Notes under the pieces: model-generated
What the model saw: only the letters and a program-made list of their open reading frames with translations
Told to the model about the DNA's origin: nothing
The model's database searches: none
Translations under genes and position numbers: made by a program
Assembly (NCBI GenBank): GCA_030390025.1
Contig: CM059432.1
Span: forward strand, 14,882,001-14,946,000
Length of the DNA stretch: 64,000 bases
Reading direction: 5' to 3'
From: Squalus acanthias
Taxonomy: Eukaryota
Shown: positions 1 to 13,590 of the stretch, piece after piece
Layout: each line of letters begins with the position of its first letter
How positions within the stretch are numbered: position 1 is the first letter of the stretch

Positions 1-821
1 TGACTTTACACCTTAGCTATCTCTCCTCGTTTCTTAGAAGCAGGGGCTGCTGAAGATGGGCAGTGGGTCCATCAGCATCTGGGGAGGGGAGGCAAGTTGG
101 CCTTGCGAATGTGGACCATTTGTCATTACGCAGTTCTGACAGGGACTCTTACCCAGGGTATCAGCCTACCTTTTCTCTTTTTGGGTGCTGGTCGCATTTG
201 ATGTGTTTTCACCATTTTCTGTCTTGATTTCAGATTTCCAGCTTTTTTCATGAGCTATTTTCATGCCTCTTTGTCTTTTACATTGCCTTGCTGAGATATC
301 TTCATACATCCTCCATCTGTTTTCATCTCTTTCCTGCATTTCAATAAAACCTCTTTGGGCATTCCACCTATTACCTCTCTCTCCTTTTAGTTTTTTCTAT
401 TGAACGGCATCACTTATTAATCAGTTCTGATAAAGAGGCCACATCAGAAATGTTAACTTGTCATTTCTCTTTACAGACGCTAACTGACCTGCTGTGCATT
501 TCATGAATTCCCTGTTTCTTTTCCGGTTTCCAGTATTTGCTGATTCTTTTTATTTCTGCAATAATTGTAGTTGTCTCTTGGGTAAGAGAGAAGTCACTAC
601 CAGAGACAATTGGCCCCGATTTTAACTCCAGGCGGAATCCCCGCTCAGGCCTGAGTTAAAATTACAGTCGGGTCTCAATGCTGTCATTGGGCCACACGCA
701 ACGTGCCTATGCAAAGAAGGACCCTGTTGGCTCCAGGCGTGTGTCCTTGCTGCCTGCTCAGGAGAGCAGGTTAAAATTGCAGATGTTGCGATTGTGGTGG
801 CCTTCGGACAGGTAAGAGCCA

Positions 822-883
822 GGGCGATTTTAACTGCCCCACCCGCCAGGTTTCTGCTGGAGCGAGTAGGGTTAAAATCGCCC
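822..883. repeat. 62-bp mini inverted repeat (MITE remnant)
   Basis: gggcgattttaac / gttaaaatcgccc, a 13-bp perfect IR; a related attttaactc / gagttaaaat IR at about 619-662. Confidence 0.65.
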
Positions 884-1934
884 CAATATTCCTGTGTGCA
901 GTTTTCAAAAACAAAAATCATCCCTATATTTGAATACAAGCATGTCATTCTAGCCATTTTCCAGCTCAAGGGTCAAAGGCTGTTAATCAAGTTATTAGAT
1001 AATGTTAAGGCAAGTCCTCTCCTACAGATGCTTAGTGCAAATTGCTTTCTCTTGAATTGAAGTTAGATTGGTTGCTCTTCTGTTTAATAGAACACAGAAA
1101 ACGAAATGGCGTAAACAGTCACCATCACCTTGCCTCCGCTGCGAAAATTTACCAAACTGTCTCAACAGAATCTATTTGTCAAGTTATTAGCATCAAAATA
1201 ACATCACACAGAAGACATCAATGACCTTTACATGAATGCAAAATGGCACAAGCCTGCTAATTTGAGGAGGGGTACATTTTGAAGAGGGATGCACAGATAA
1301 CCTAATCTTGTCAGTGTAGATCCATAGGCTTGTCTCAGAGACAAATGTATGAGCCTTGTTGCAATTAATGTAATTTTTCTGTACAAGCTATACCAGTAGA
1401 ATTTAATTAATGGTTTCATCCAGTATGTGTATTTGAAACTGCGGGAATGTAATAGCTTTGCTTTTTTCTATGAATAGAGTATGTGAACAGCAAAGGTTAC
1501 CAATTCTGATACTAACCTGACTTGACAGTAAGCAAGGAGCTATTATCTACAACAAGATTTTAATTTACTTCCTTGTTCTGGTTTTAATGGATTTTTCCAA
1601 AACTTTGTTTCTGCTGTGAAGATATTCATTAATTTCTTCTGTTTATTAATTCTATTTTTATATTGTGTGCAACTTCCCCCACACACCAAACAATTTACTG
1701 TTCTAAATTGTAGACACTAGTCTCAACTGTATATTCTGCAGAAATGCGTGTATATGTATTCCCATAAAAATGAATGTTGTGCCAAATGCACAGCAGCATA
1801 ATGAATATCTAAAAAGGGAGAAGATATGTTAAATCTACTGGTAGGGACCCAGAGACCGAGAGAGTTTGGGATGACCACTTCCTCATTCTGCCGACAACAA
1901 CAACAATGACGATACAAGTTCGAAGATGGCCATT

Positions 1935-2262
1935 TGAAAAAAAAAACTCTTGGGATGTGGATGTCGCTGGCAAGACTGGCATTTATTGTCCATCCCTAGT
2001 TTCCCCGAGAGGACGGTGGAGGGTCTTTTAGAACTACTGCAGTTTGTGTGGTGAAGATGCTCCAAAATGCGGCTATGGAGGGAGTTCCAGGATTTTGACC
2101 CAGCAATGATGAGGGAATGAGGACATATACCCAAGCCAGCATGGTGTGTGACTTGAAAGGGATCTTGGAGGTGATGGTGCTCCCACGCACCTACTGGCCT
2201 TGTCCTGCCAGATGGTGCAGGTCAGGCTTTGGGAGGGGTTAGAAATTAGGGGCATGGCCAAA
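1935..2262 (-). mobile_element. 3' end of a CR1/L2-group LINE sharing its tail with the 25159 SINE; probable related fragment at about 3960-4592
   Basis: Reverse complement contains VKILELP (WNSL-region) and ends ...tagggatggacaataaatgccagtcttgccagcgacatccacatccca plus A run. Confidence 0.7.
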
Positions 2263-2847
2263 TGGTGCCTTTAGACTCGTATTTGAGTAGCTGGATAGAT
2301 GCTTAAATAAATAACCATATTATAATGCTAAGTTAGGATTTTGACTCTGTTCAACAAAACTGCTTGCTAAGATGCGTAAGTGGACCAGTGTGTGAGAATA
2401 GAATAGAGGGTATCTTTGGGAATTTAATGATTCATTCCATGGTATAATAGTCTGATAATGGAATGAAATAGCTAGCTGTATGAACAGCTTTGAATATAAA
2501 TAACTGATAACAAGCAGATGCGAGCAATGGGGCTCTGAATGGAAGAATCTGAAGGCCGAGCCTGGTATGTCGGAGTTGTTGACTCCAAACTTGGGAGGAC
2601 AAGGCAGGATGAGATAAGGGAAAAACAGTCCTCAGCATGCCGTAAGGCCACGATATTCTCCCCCAGGTCCACCCCTAAAAAGAGTATAAAAGAAAGACCC
2701 GAAAAGCCTGCAGCACAGACGGTGGAGTGGAAAGCTCCTGAGGGTGGATGTTAACTCTGGTCTAACACTCTTGGGTAGTTCAAGAAGAGAGAGAGAGAAA
2801 GAGAAGAAGAGCTGTTCGCACATGCCAGCCGTTCTGTCCGACTTAGA

Positions 2848-3181
2848 AATCATAGAAATCACAGAAATTTATGGCACAGGAGGAGGCCATTCGGCCCATT
2901 GTGTCTGTGCCGGCCAAAAAAGAGCTATCCAGCCTAATCCCACTTTCCAGCTCTTGGTCCGTAGCCCTGTAGGTTACGGCACTTCCAAGTGCATATCCAA
3001 GTACTCAGGCAGTGAGTTCCAGACCCCCACCACCCTCTAGGTGAAAAAAGTTCTCTTCAACTCCCCTCTAATCCTTTTACCAATTACTGCAAATCTATGC
3101 CCCCTGGTTATTGACCTCTCCGCTAAGGGAAATAGGTCCTTCCTATCCACTCTATCTAGGCCCCTCATAATTTTATACACT
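2848..3181 (-). mobile_element. CR1 3' fragment
   Basis: YKIMRGLDRVDRKDLFPLAE...RGHRF on the minus strand plus tail; related 3' UTR at 44673-44835. Confidence 0.88.
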
Positions 3182-4593
3182 GGTATGGGAATATTGGGGT
3201 TAATTGTTCCAGATACGATTCTACATGGCAAAGGCATCCAACTTGGGCACAGTTACAACCCACTAGGGTTAGGGTACAAAGCCCTTCCCCAACTCCCACA
3301 CTAAAGCAACAGTGCAGAAAAGCTTTTTATGTCGCACTCGCGCCACGGTTTCAAACCCTGCCCTGCACCTTATGGATCTTTTAGCCGACTTGTTAATGCA
3401 CCAATCAATTCCAGTCCCCCCGAATTTTACAAATCCATGGTCAGAAGCCAAGGGCGGGATGGTCGACTGGCCGCTGTGCTGGGGCGGGTTTGACCGTCAG
3501 CTGGTATTTTAACTGGTCCTGCCTGGCTCTGGGAAACTTTGCTGATATCGTCAGGAAAAGGGAGAGCAGACCTTCAAACTGGGAGATTAAATAATTTTCA
3601 TAGAAATCATGCTCCTGGCCTATTATCTATCTAACACGGCCTTCAGCATCTTCAGCTGTCTAGACCAGGGTTGACCAATAGAAATCGCTGCCTAGCTACA
3701 GGTGTGGCTACGGCGACACTGTTTTTGGCCACATGCACTCACTCAATTTCAGTTAAAAAAACACTTTTCACACACTCGCACAATACAGCTAAATGTACTT
3801 CACACTTAGACCGGTATCCACTACTTGTCACGGTCGTATATTTTTTGGCTGTGTAACTAGTGTGTTATATCCGATTAAACACAACATACCCAACCATATT
3901 GGTTGCAGTCGATCCTGATTATTTGAAAGTACCAGAGATAAGTTAATTTCAACAGAGGTGCTGCTGAAGAAGCCTTGGCGAGTTTCTGCAGTACATCCTG
4001 TAGATAGGGCACACTGCAGCCATGGTATGCCAGTGATGAAGATGATGGATGTTTAGACTAGTGGATGAGGTACCAATTAGTTGCTTGTTGGGACCTGCAG
4101 TCTTAGCCGTGTCCAGTGCACTCAGCCATTTCTTGATGTCATGTGCAGTGAATCAAATTGGCTGAAGACTGGCATCTGTGATGGTTGGGACCTCAGGAGG
4201 AGGCCGAGAAGGATCATCCGCTCGGCACTTCCGGCTGAAGACAGTTGAACCACTACAGCCTTGTCCTTGGCAATTACATTCTGAGCTTTGACATCGTTAA
4301 GGATGGGATGTTCATGGAACTTTTTCTTCCTGTGATTTCTTAATTGTCCACCGCTATTCATAACTTGATGTGGCAGCAGCTGCGGAGCTTTGACCTGATC
4401 CATTAATTGTGGGATCTCTTAGCTCTGTCTATGGCATGCTGCTTTCGCTGTTTAGCGTGCATGTAGTCCTAAGTTATAGCTTCACCACGTTGGCACCTAA
4501 TTGCCAGGACGCCTGGTGCTGCTGCCAGAATGATCTTCTGTACTCTTCACTGAACCAAGATTGGTCGCCTCTGTTGATAGTGATGGAGGAGCA

Positions 4594-5102
4594 AGACTAT
4601 AGGAGGGATGTGATTGCATTGGAGAGGGTGCAGAGGAGATTCACCAGGATGTTACCTGGGCCGGAGCGCTTCAGCTATGAAGAGAGACTGGACAGGCTGT
4701 GGTTGTTTTCCGTAGAGCAGAGAAGGCTGAGGGGGGACCTGATTGAGGTGTACAAAATTATGAGGGGCATAGATAGGGTAGATAGAAAGGAACTTTTCCC
4801 CTTAGTAGAGGGGTCAATAACCAGGGGGCATAGTTTCAAGGTAAGGGGCAGGAGATTTAGAGGGGATTTGAGGAAAAACCTTTTCACCCAGAGGGTGGCT
4901 GGAATCTGGAACTCACTGCCTGAAAGGGTGGTAGAGGCAGGAACCCTCACAACATTCAAGAAGCATTTAGATGAGCACTTGAAACACCATAGCAAACAAG
5001 GCTATGGACCAAGTGCTGGAAAATGGGATCAGAATAGACAGGGCTTGATGGCCGGCGCAGACACGATGGGCCGAGGGGCCCCTTTCTGTGCTGTATAACT
5101 CT
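4594..5102 (+). mobile_element. CR1 LINE 3' fragment
   Basis: DYRRDVIALERVQRRFTRMLPG...WNSLPERVVEAG. The tail is interrupted by a MITE and resumes as tatgactatgactct at 5745. Confidence 0.9.
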
Positions 5103-5394
5103 GGGGCTGGATTTTGATACTGGGGCGGGTTGGGGTCGTGTTATCCACCCGACTGCAAATGGATGTGGGAGATTGATGCAATTTTCACCTAATTGGGCAA
5201 TTGAGTTCCAGCATGTGGGAACCCATGAACCAATTAGTGTTTTCAGTCTGAAAGTCGCCTCTGATGATGTCATCATTGCTGCTGCATTGAAGGTCTTCAG
5301 AGACTGCCTGGCCTTTGCTGTGAGAGGACCTGGATGCAAAATGAGCAGCAGCAGTCCTAAGTCTGCTCCCAGATATTTTTTTACACCACCACGC

Positions 5395-5426
<32 letters not shown>

Positions 5427-5744
5427 CCTCATCCCAGCCAAATGTGCTCCCGCCAGGTTTCACAATCGTGGTTCAGAACAGGCGTGCTTCACGTAGAACA
5501 AGGGTTAAAATCACAAAGGCCTTTCAAAATGGCATTATAGAGCCAATTTAGTGCTTGTTAAGGGCCTTAACAGCCTATCCCATCTCTTAGAGGCGGGACG
5601 GAGTCGGGACCAGCAGACACGATTTAATGAAAATTGCGTGGAGGCGGGATGGAGGCGGACTTGTGCCCGCCCTGCCAGTTTTTGCAATTTTAACCACCCA
5701 CACGCCTCCAAACCCGCCTCCACGGGTCAATGAAAATCCAGCTC
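5103..5744. mobile_element. Non-autonomous Harbinger-like DNA element
   Basis: TIRs ggggctggatttt / aaaatccagctc; inserted in a CR1 tail; contains a (GA)n tract. Confidence 0.7.
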
Positions 5745-6538
5745 TATGACTATGACTCTATTCCAGGCCAGGAAGTTCGAGATTATAGTGGTATACAGTA
5801 CTGCTGCTGATGATGGCCCACAACGTCTCACGGATGCCCAGTTTTCAGCTGCTAGATCTGTAGGGTGTCCCTGGTGTGCAGATTGGACTTGGTCTCCAAT
5901 TTTCACACACTTTCTCAAATGGACCACCTCCATACTATTGTGGTCCAAGGTCCTATGAACTTTCTCCCTTGTTACATCTAAGGTCAAAAATCCTAGCCAT
6001 GGCAAATTTTTACTCTTCTGTGCACCTCCACTGTGCTAAAGCAGGATTTCACAAATTAATTCTTTCCCACAACCTCAAAACTATGTAACTCATCCCTTAG
6101 ACTTTTCGTCCTTCGACAATCTTAAGGAGTTCAGAACCCAAGCTTGTCATCACCTAATCACATTTCTTGATTTATCTTGTCTCATAAGAACATAAGAAAT
6201 AGGAGCAGATGTAGGTCATTCGGCCCTTCGAGCCTGCTCCGCCATTCAATGAGATCATGGCTGATCTTCTGCCTCAATTCCATTCACCTACAGTGTTCTA
6301 CACTATGAGGCTTAGCCCTTCACTAGATTTTTCATGAATAAACTAACTTCAATGTGATAATGTCTTCTGCTCACACATTTGCTCTCAACAGACCAATTTG
6401 GGAATCCCTCACACAGACCTCTAAACCCATAGCTCCTTTTGCCACAATACCAGCCTAATATTTGGGCTATTTTCTCATTTAAGAGAGCTGCATTGGGAAG
6501 TTGTTGAACATGCCCAAGATCTGGAACATCTACTCCTC

Positions 6539-7020
6539 GGTGTTAGCCATGGCTCAGTTGGTAGCACTCTTTCCTCTGAGTCAGGAGGTTGTGGGTTTCA
6601 AGTCCCACTCCAGAGACTTGAGCACAAAAATCTAGGCTCACACTCAGTGCAGTACTGAGGGAGTGCTGCACTGTCGGAGGTGCAGTCTTTCGAGGAGACA
6701 TTAAACCGAGGCCCCGTCTGCTCTCTCAGGTGGACGTAAAATATTCCATGGCACTATTTCGAAGACGAGCAGGGGAGTTATCCCCAGTATTCTGGTCAAT
6801 TCTCATCCCTCAATCAGCAACACAAAAACAGATTACAGTATTTGTTGATTATCACATTGCTGTTTGTGGGAGTTTGCTGTGCGTAAATTGGTTGCCGCGT
6901 TTCCAACGTAACAACACTGACTACACTTCAAATAGTACTTCATTGGCTGTAAAGCGCTTTGGGACGTCCTGATGTCATGAAAGGCGCTATATAAATGCAA
7001 GTCTTTCTTTATTTCTTTTT
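6539..7020 (+). mobile_element. tRNA-derived DeuSINE (SacSINE1-like), full length
   Basis: A box (tggctcagttgg), B box (gtttcaagtcc), Deu-like core ctgtcggaggtgcagtctttcg...ttaaaccgaggcccc, L2-type tail ggcgctatataaatgcaagt. Confidence 0.85.
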
Positions 7021-7112
7021 ATTAATGCTCACACTGGATGATGAATGGGAATATTTGCTATTCAGTTTTCATATTTTTTCTCTATTAAACAAGGCAAAAA
7101 TATAAAATCTCT

Positions 7113-7308
7113 AGAATCATAGAATGGTTACAACACAGAAGGAGTCCATTCGGCCCGTCAAGCCCGTTCCGGCTCTCTGGAAGAGTACTTCAGCTCGTCC
7201 CACTCCCCCGCCCTTTCATCCCAGCCTTGCAAATTTTTTTCCTTCAGGTACTTGTCCAATTCCCTTTTGAAAGCCACGATTGAATCTGCCTCCACCACCC
7301 TCTCAGGG
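7113..7308 (-). mobile_element. CR1 3' end fragment
   Basis: PERVVEADSIVAFKRELDKYL plus 3' UTR. Similar short CR1 ends at 6184-6285, 26840-27090 (+), 29275-29485, 34990-35265 and 63648-63890. Confidence 0.85.
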
Positions 7309-9754
7309 TGGGACATGACCAATGACGTGTTATTGCATCTCTTCTTCATCTCTCCTTCTCTTCTACAGAATTTGGACTCTTTGCCAGTGCGATTCCATGG
7401 TCTCTGGGCACCTTGTCCAAATGGCCAGTATTCACGTGTCAGCCTCGTCAGTGGCTGCAACAGGCTATTGCAGCACAAGGGACATTGTACTGAGCTTTGA
7501 ACTTCTCCTCACACGACAGACACAAACATGTCCAGCTGGGTTCCCAGATAGTGATCGGCAGTGGGACGTCTAGCTGAATTTCCCCTCCCTAACCCAGGTA
7601 TACCGAGGCCAATTGGCGCACCTCTCCGACTGCGCTGGCTGGTGATTCAACACAGACAGGAGCTAAAGCCAGTAAATGAGCTTCTGTCACTGCTTCTCAG
7701 TCCATCAATCATATGAGACAGGACACCAAGGTTTCCATCTACCTGGTCAATGGATGTTAAAGATCCCATGATACTATTCAAAAAGAGAGTTCCTGCCAAC
7801 TTGCCTCCCTCGACCATCACCGCCACCAAATAACCACGTTCACTGGTCACGGATTTCATGGCTGTTTATGAGTTTGTTGCTGGCACATAATGACTGATGC
7901 GTTCACCTACATAGTGATAGTCACCACATTAAAAGTAATTAATTATGTAATGTTCTTTGAGACATTTTAACGTGTTAAGATACTATGTACTTGCAAGTAT
8001 TTGTTAATAATATTATCTTTGATCAGGTTACTGTGACCTCTTTTGTGTACAAGACTTTTGACTTTGGAATAATGATTTCATATAGGCATATTTATTAAAT
8101 TTAATTTTAGGTCAAGTAAAAATGACTACAGTTTAATTAGTCTCTATATACATGTAGCTGGCTCCATTCAAATGTGTAATTCATCCACAAATAACTTAGA
8201 TCCCAGTGTAGAATTACGACCTGCCAAATTGGTTCCCATTCAGTCTACTTACTCTTATATAAAATGTAATTCTGATCCTGAAATAAACCTTCTCCTAATT
8301 AATCTTGCTTTGAACACAAGGAACACTGCTGGAACCTTGCTTAATTTTAACATAAAGAGAGAGATTTAGAAAATTATGTAGAAAATTATTTGACAACCAT
8401 ATGGGTTTTCAGGAATCAGAAAAAAATTATGTTTTGATATCTTTTATTGGACCAACAAGGGTAGTCTGTGATCTAGCTCTCTGGTCTAGTCACTTGCGCA
8501 AGGCTGTTTATAACAAATTAAATTTCTTAACATTTGTGAAAATAGCAAAGCAGATTCAGTTACACGATGAACGGCTGAATAAATAACAACAACTTGCATT
8601 TATATAGCTCCTTTAAGGAGATATTAGGACAGATGACCAAAAGCTTGGTCGAAGAAGGAGGTTTTAAGGAGCATCTTAAAGGAGGAGAGGTCGAGAGGCG
8701 GAGAGGTTTAAGGAGGGAATTCCAGAGCTTCGGGCCTAGGCAGCTGAAGGCACGGCCGCCAATGGTGGAGCGATTAAAATTGGGGATGCGCAAGAGGCCA
8801 GAATTGGAGGAGCGCAGAAATCTCGGCGGGTTGGAGGAGGTTACAGAGATAGAGATAAATGATTTTGAAACAGAGATCCCTTCATCAGATGAAAATAAAA
8901 AGGCGTTTCTGATCCCAAAGACGGCTTGTGCGCTTTAATGTTGATCCAATATAAGACAACCAAATATTTTGGCTCTCTGATTCTTGGGAGCGATATGGCT
9001 ATTGAATCATTTTCTATATTAAAATATAATTAAGTTGGTGTACTGTGTAAACTTCGCACGTGAAGCTTGTTTCTGAACTTCTATACAATAACTCAAGGTT
9101 TAAAAAAAATAAAAGCAGATTTATTTCACGCAGTCAAAAAGTGCATTAAATGCAATGAAAAGCAAATGCGCAGCATGCATTATTCAAAGCACTCGATTAC
9201 AACATAGTTTGTGAACCAGTAATCAGGATAATGTGTTTCACCTGGGATTGCTTTTTAGTAAGCCCTACACTTATTAATGTAGTTTTCTGCAGTCACCATA
9301 TGTACCTACGAATAGCCATAAGCCTAGTATTACAGAGACTTCCGCAGATGTCAAGTCAACTGATACTTGGGTTGTTTCTGAGTGGCAATGTCAGGAGTTC
9401 AAGTCACTAACACAAAACACCAGCTACCACTATATAGTCCCTCACTGGTGAGGAAATGGAGAGCAATTAACGTTATTAGTCCGTAACAGTTATTAGACCA
9501 GGGCCGGGAATTTCCATGGAACAGCTCCCGCTCCGCCACCGTAACTTTGCAGGAAGTGCGACACATGCAAACGGGGTTCTCGCTGCACTTCTGCTGAAGT
9601 TAGCGAGGAGGACCACGCGCACACCTCTGAGGAGTTTTCTGGCCCAAGCCTCTGCAAACATGAAGCCAGACTGTGGAGCACAGAGATTGGCACTCAACCC
9701 AATTAAGTAGTTCCTTAACATCAAGAGATAATACTAATGTATCTTCTCATGGAC

Positions 9755-9982
9755 GATAGCAAAATACTGCGGATGCTGGAAATCCGAAATAACAACAGAA
9801 AACGCTGGAAAAACTCAGCAGGCCAGGCAGCATCCGTGGAGAGAGAAACAGAGTTAACGTTTCAGGTCGAAGACCCTTCGTCAGAACTGACGAAGGGTCT
9901 TCGACCTGAAACGTTAACTCTGTTTCTCTCTCCACGGATGCTGCCTGGCCTGCTGAGTTTTTCCAGCGTTTTCTGTTGTTAT
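9755..9982. mobile_element. Inverted Penelope terminal-repeat pair (96-bp perfect palindrome) with 15-bp TSD
   Basis: Arms 9789-9884 and 9887-9982 are exact reverse complements. tatcttctcatggac is repeated at 9740-9754 and 9980-9994. Confidence 0.92.
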
Positions 9983-10339
9983 CTTCTCATGGACTCTACA
10001 TCACTTACTTAATCTGCTGAATATAATTTCTGAAATTCCTACCTGCTCTTCAAAGACACTTGAATTAAACTCCGCAATACCTACACTTGCATTTCCATTA
10101 TTCGACCCTAATTATTTACTTTCCACGGATGATATTTCAATGCTCCCAGCAGCCCAAGACTATCCTGCTCACTGGAGTGTTTGACCTTTTCTGTCTATAC
10201 TTCTCCCTCTAACATGCTATCCTTTCCTAACAAGATATGCCTCTATACTGAAGAGATGAATCAACAGGGCATTTTCTACTTTTGCTGACAGTCTGCTCTG
10301 ACTATTGATACTTTCATTCACTCATTCATTCAGTGATAT

Positions 10340-10925
10340 AGAATCATAGAATGGTAACAGCACAGAAGGAGGCCATTTGGCCCGTCGAGCCCATGCCTGC
10401 TCTCTACATGAGCACTTCAGCTAGTCCTACTCCCCCGCCTTTTCCCCAGTAGCCCTGCAAATTTTTTTCCTTCAGGTACTTATCTGATTCTCTTTGGAAA
10501 GCCATGATTGAATCTGCATCCACCAACCTCTCAGGCAGTGCATTCTAGATTCTAACCACTCGCTGAGTAAAAAGGTTTTTCCTCATGTCGCCTTTGGTTC
10601 TTTTGCCAATCACCTTAAATCTGTGTCCTCTGGTTCTCGACCCTTCCGCCAATGGGAACAGTTTCTCTCTGTCTACTCTGTCCAGACCCCTCATGATTTT
10701 GAACACCTCTATCAAATGTCCTCTTAACCTTCTCTGCTCCAAGGAGAACAACCCCAGCTTCTCCAGTCTATCCACGTAACTGAAGTCCCTCATCCCTGGA
10801 ATCATTCTTATAAATCTTTTCTGCACCCTCTCTAAGGCCTTCACATCCTTCCTAAAGTGCGGTGCCCAGAATTGGACACAATACTCCAGTTGAGGCTGAA
10901 CCAGTGTTTTATAAAGGTTCATCTT
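10340..10925 (-). mobile_element. CR1 LINE 3' fragment
   Basis: ORF 10545-10922 ([23 protein letters not shown]...); same subfamily as 47195-48210. Confidence 0.92.
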
Positions 10926-11144
10926 GAGGCTTGTTCATTTTGTACTCTGGTTTCTCCACTAAATCCCATTCCTTAACATAGCTTTTTAATCTGAATGAAC
11001 AAGCTGGGTAGCAGGTTCTCAGTCATTAATGCTAAAATTTTGAATAGTATCTGAAAATCATAATTAAAGAAGGAGGTTGGGCGGCTAGGGAGGGGGGCGG
11101 GTTGGGAGAAGAAATATTAGGATTGATTTTAAAGGGAATATTGG

Positions 11145-11665
11145 CCACTGTGTACAGTTTTGGTCAACTTACCTAAGGAACGATGTATTTGTCTTTGAGG
11201 GGATGCAATGAAGGTTCACTAGATTGATTCCTGGTTGAGAGGGCTGTCCTCTGAGGAGAGATTGTGTAGAATGGGCCTATACTCTCTGGAGTTTAAAAGA
11301 ATGAGAGGTGATCTCATTGAAACATAAGATTCTGAGAGGGCTTGACATAGAGGCTGTTTCCCCTGGCTAGAGAATCTAGAACTAGGGGTCACAGTCTCAG
11401 AATAATTATGAGATGAGGAGAAACTTCTTCACTCGGAGGGTTGTGAATCTTTGGAATTCTCTATTCCAGAGGGCCGTGGATGCTCAGTCGGTGAATATAT
11501 TCAAGACTGAGATGGATAGATTTTTAGACTCTAGGGGAATCAAAGGATATGGGGATCGGGCGGGAAAGTGAAGTTGATGTAGAAGTTCAGCCATGATCTT
11601 ATTGAATGGCAGAGCAGGCTCAATGGGCCATGTGGCCTACTCCTGCTCCTATTTCTTATGTTCAT
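11145..11665 (+). mobile_element. CR1 LINE 3' fragment
   Basis: Degraded RT C-terminus plus cagccatgatcttattgaatggc...cctatttcttatgttc tail. Confidence 0.88.
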
Positions 11666-12953
11666 AATACGAAAACTCCTCTCAAATAATCGGCAATGTT
11701 GCCGAGTCTGAGTCCGAGTCTCCCGCGAACGCCGAGTTAGTCAGTAGGGGTAGTTCTCCAAAGTGCCACTACTCGGCCTCCTGGCGCTGTCGGAAGTCCG
11801 AACACTGCAGTAACAGGAGTCTGATTTTTGTTTGTTAAAAATAGCCTCGGTAGATATAACTCTCCGTTATCCGGAACTTTTGATCAACCGGCACCACGCC
11901 GGTCCCGTCGGTGCCGGATACCAAAGAGTTTCCTGTAATGTCAATAGGTAAGGAGAGAGCCGACCAAATGTCTCCTGTCTCGTGTGTGAGAGAAAACTTC
12001 AACATCACAAATTGGATTTCTTATTAATACAGTTCAGAACGTGGGCGGAGAATTTGGTTAGTGGATAAACTATTGTCTATCATTTCAAAAACATATAGGA
12101 TTGAATACCCTTTAAATTCCTTCATGTGCAGCTTAACAGAAGGGGTCGAGTGCCTTTAATCCAGATAAATGCACTTCCCATTTGAGGCATCCAGCAGGTA
12201 TATTAATCAGCTGTAGCTGTTTACAAAAAAAAAATCTTTCTGTCATTTCTGATGGTCTTATCTCTGAAAGACTAAAGGCACCGGTTCAATATTGCATTAG
12301 ACCATCCGAAAAACTAAAAGCTCCAATCCAATTATAACTGCTCTTTCACAGCACCATAAATTACCCAACCAGCTTGTCTTGGATCGTACGGATAACAGGG
12401 AGGGTGGAGGAATGATTTGTCACTTGGGCACCCGTCGCTCATCATTTTATGTTTTACAACAGGCTGGATTTGAAAATGAGCGTCAAGAAATTCTGAGGGG
12501 ATTTACAAAGTCTGTACTGAAAGCCCAACATAGGACCAAGCTGAAATCTCAAGGCTTTACATACAAATATTCTGCAATCTAAATGCTGCATCTATATTTG
12601 GCAAACAAATTCTCTACTATAGGTCAAACATAACTCGAAGCACATAATAGCAAAAATAATGGATGACATTAAAGCTTTTGACATCATTGCTTTGGATAAC
12701 CATCTATACTCAATAAAAAGCTGTTAGAAAGAATTAATACCCAAACCAAATGACATTTCAGGCAAGATAGCAATGTTAATTATTGAGGGAGTGCACAGTC
12801 ACTTCACCACCTTAATTTAAAAAGATTAATCAGTTTCAAAAATTGACCATTAATTTTAGAATCGTTTTGCCTCTGTTGCTTTTATGAGTATTCCTGCCTG
12901 AGCTGCGAATATTAATGGCACCGAAGGGGGAAAGCTGGCCCAGAGAAGCCACT

Positions 12954-13139
12954 GGGGTGAATTTTCACCTTCACCACCTGGGCAGTAATCTGGCGAAGTG
13001 GATTGCCCGACTGTTACAAAACCCGCCCGATTTTCATCCCATTGATTTCAACGGAATGGAAATCGCGCAGGTTCTGTAACGAGCGGGATATGCCCTCGTC
13101 AGAGCACTGCCCAGGCAGAGAAGGTGAAAACTTTACCTC
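12954..13139. mobile_element. Palindromic MITE; related copies at about 23114-23255 and 54805-54963
   Basis: ggggtgaattttcaccttc / gaaggtgaaaactttacctc with internal self-complementarity. Confidence 0.65.
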
Positions 13140-13207
13140 ACTGTGTCTGACAGTGGGACAGACTGGTTGCACAGTTGAAGCCGAATCTCCCTGAGAAGGG
13201 AATCATC

Positions 13208-13590
13208 AGCAACAACGACTTGCATTTATATAGCGCCTTTATCGTAGCAAAACGTCCCAAGGCACTTCACAGGAGCGTTATCAAACAATATTTGACACTG
13301 AGTCACATAAGGAGATATTAGGACAGGTGACCAAATGCTTGCTCAAAGAGGTAGGTTTTAATGAGCGTCTTAAAGGAGGAGAGAGAGGTGGAGCGGTTTA
13401 GGGAGGGAATTCCAGAGCTTAGGGCCTTGACAGCTGAAGGCACGGCCGCCAATGGTGGAGCAATGAAAATCGGGGATGCACAAGAGGCCAGAATTGCAGG
13501 AGCGCACATATCTCAGAGGGTTGTGGGGCTGGAGAAGGTTCCAGAGATAGGGAGGGGCGAGGCCAAGGAGGGATTTGAAAACAAGGATGT
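13208..13590 (-). mobile_element. L2 LINE 3' fragment; similar pieces at 8585-8851 and 29093-29270
   Basis: ILVFKSLLGLAPPYL...IGGRAFSCQGPKLWNSLPK on the minus strand. Confidence 0.88.

Noticed and set aside
3666..3918. Possible hAT element (cagggttgac ... gtcgatcctg)
   Set aside because: The TIR match is short and the flanks (gtctagac versus attatttg) do not form a TSD.
4409..5098. 229-aa ORF with a hydrophobic N-terminus resembling a signal peptide
   Set aside because: Chance fusion of an antisense LINE fragment to a CR1 RT C-terminus.
6539..6615. tRNA-like A/B box sequences here and at 25160, 38590 and 58180
   Set aside because: These are SINE heads continuing into SINE bodies, not tRNA genes.
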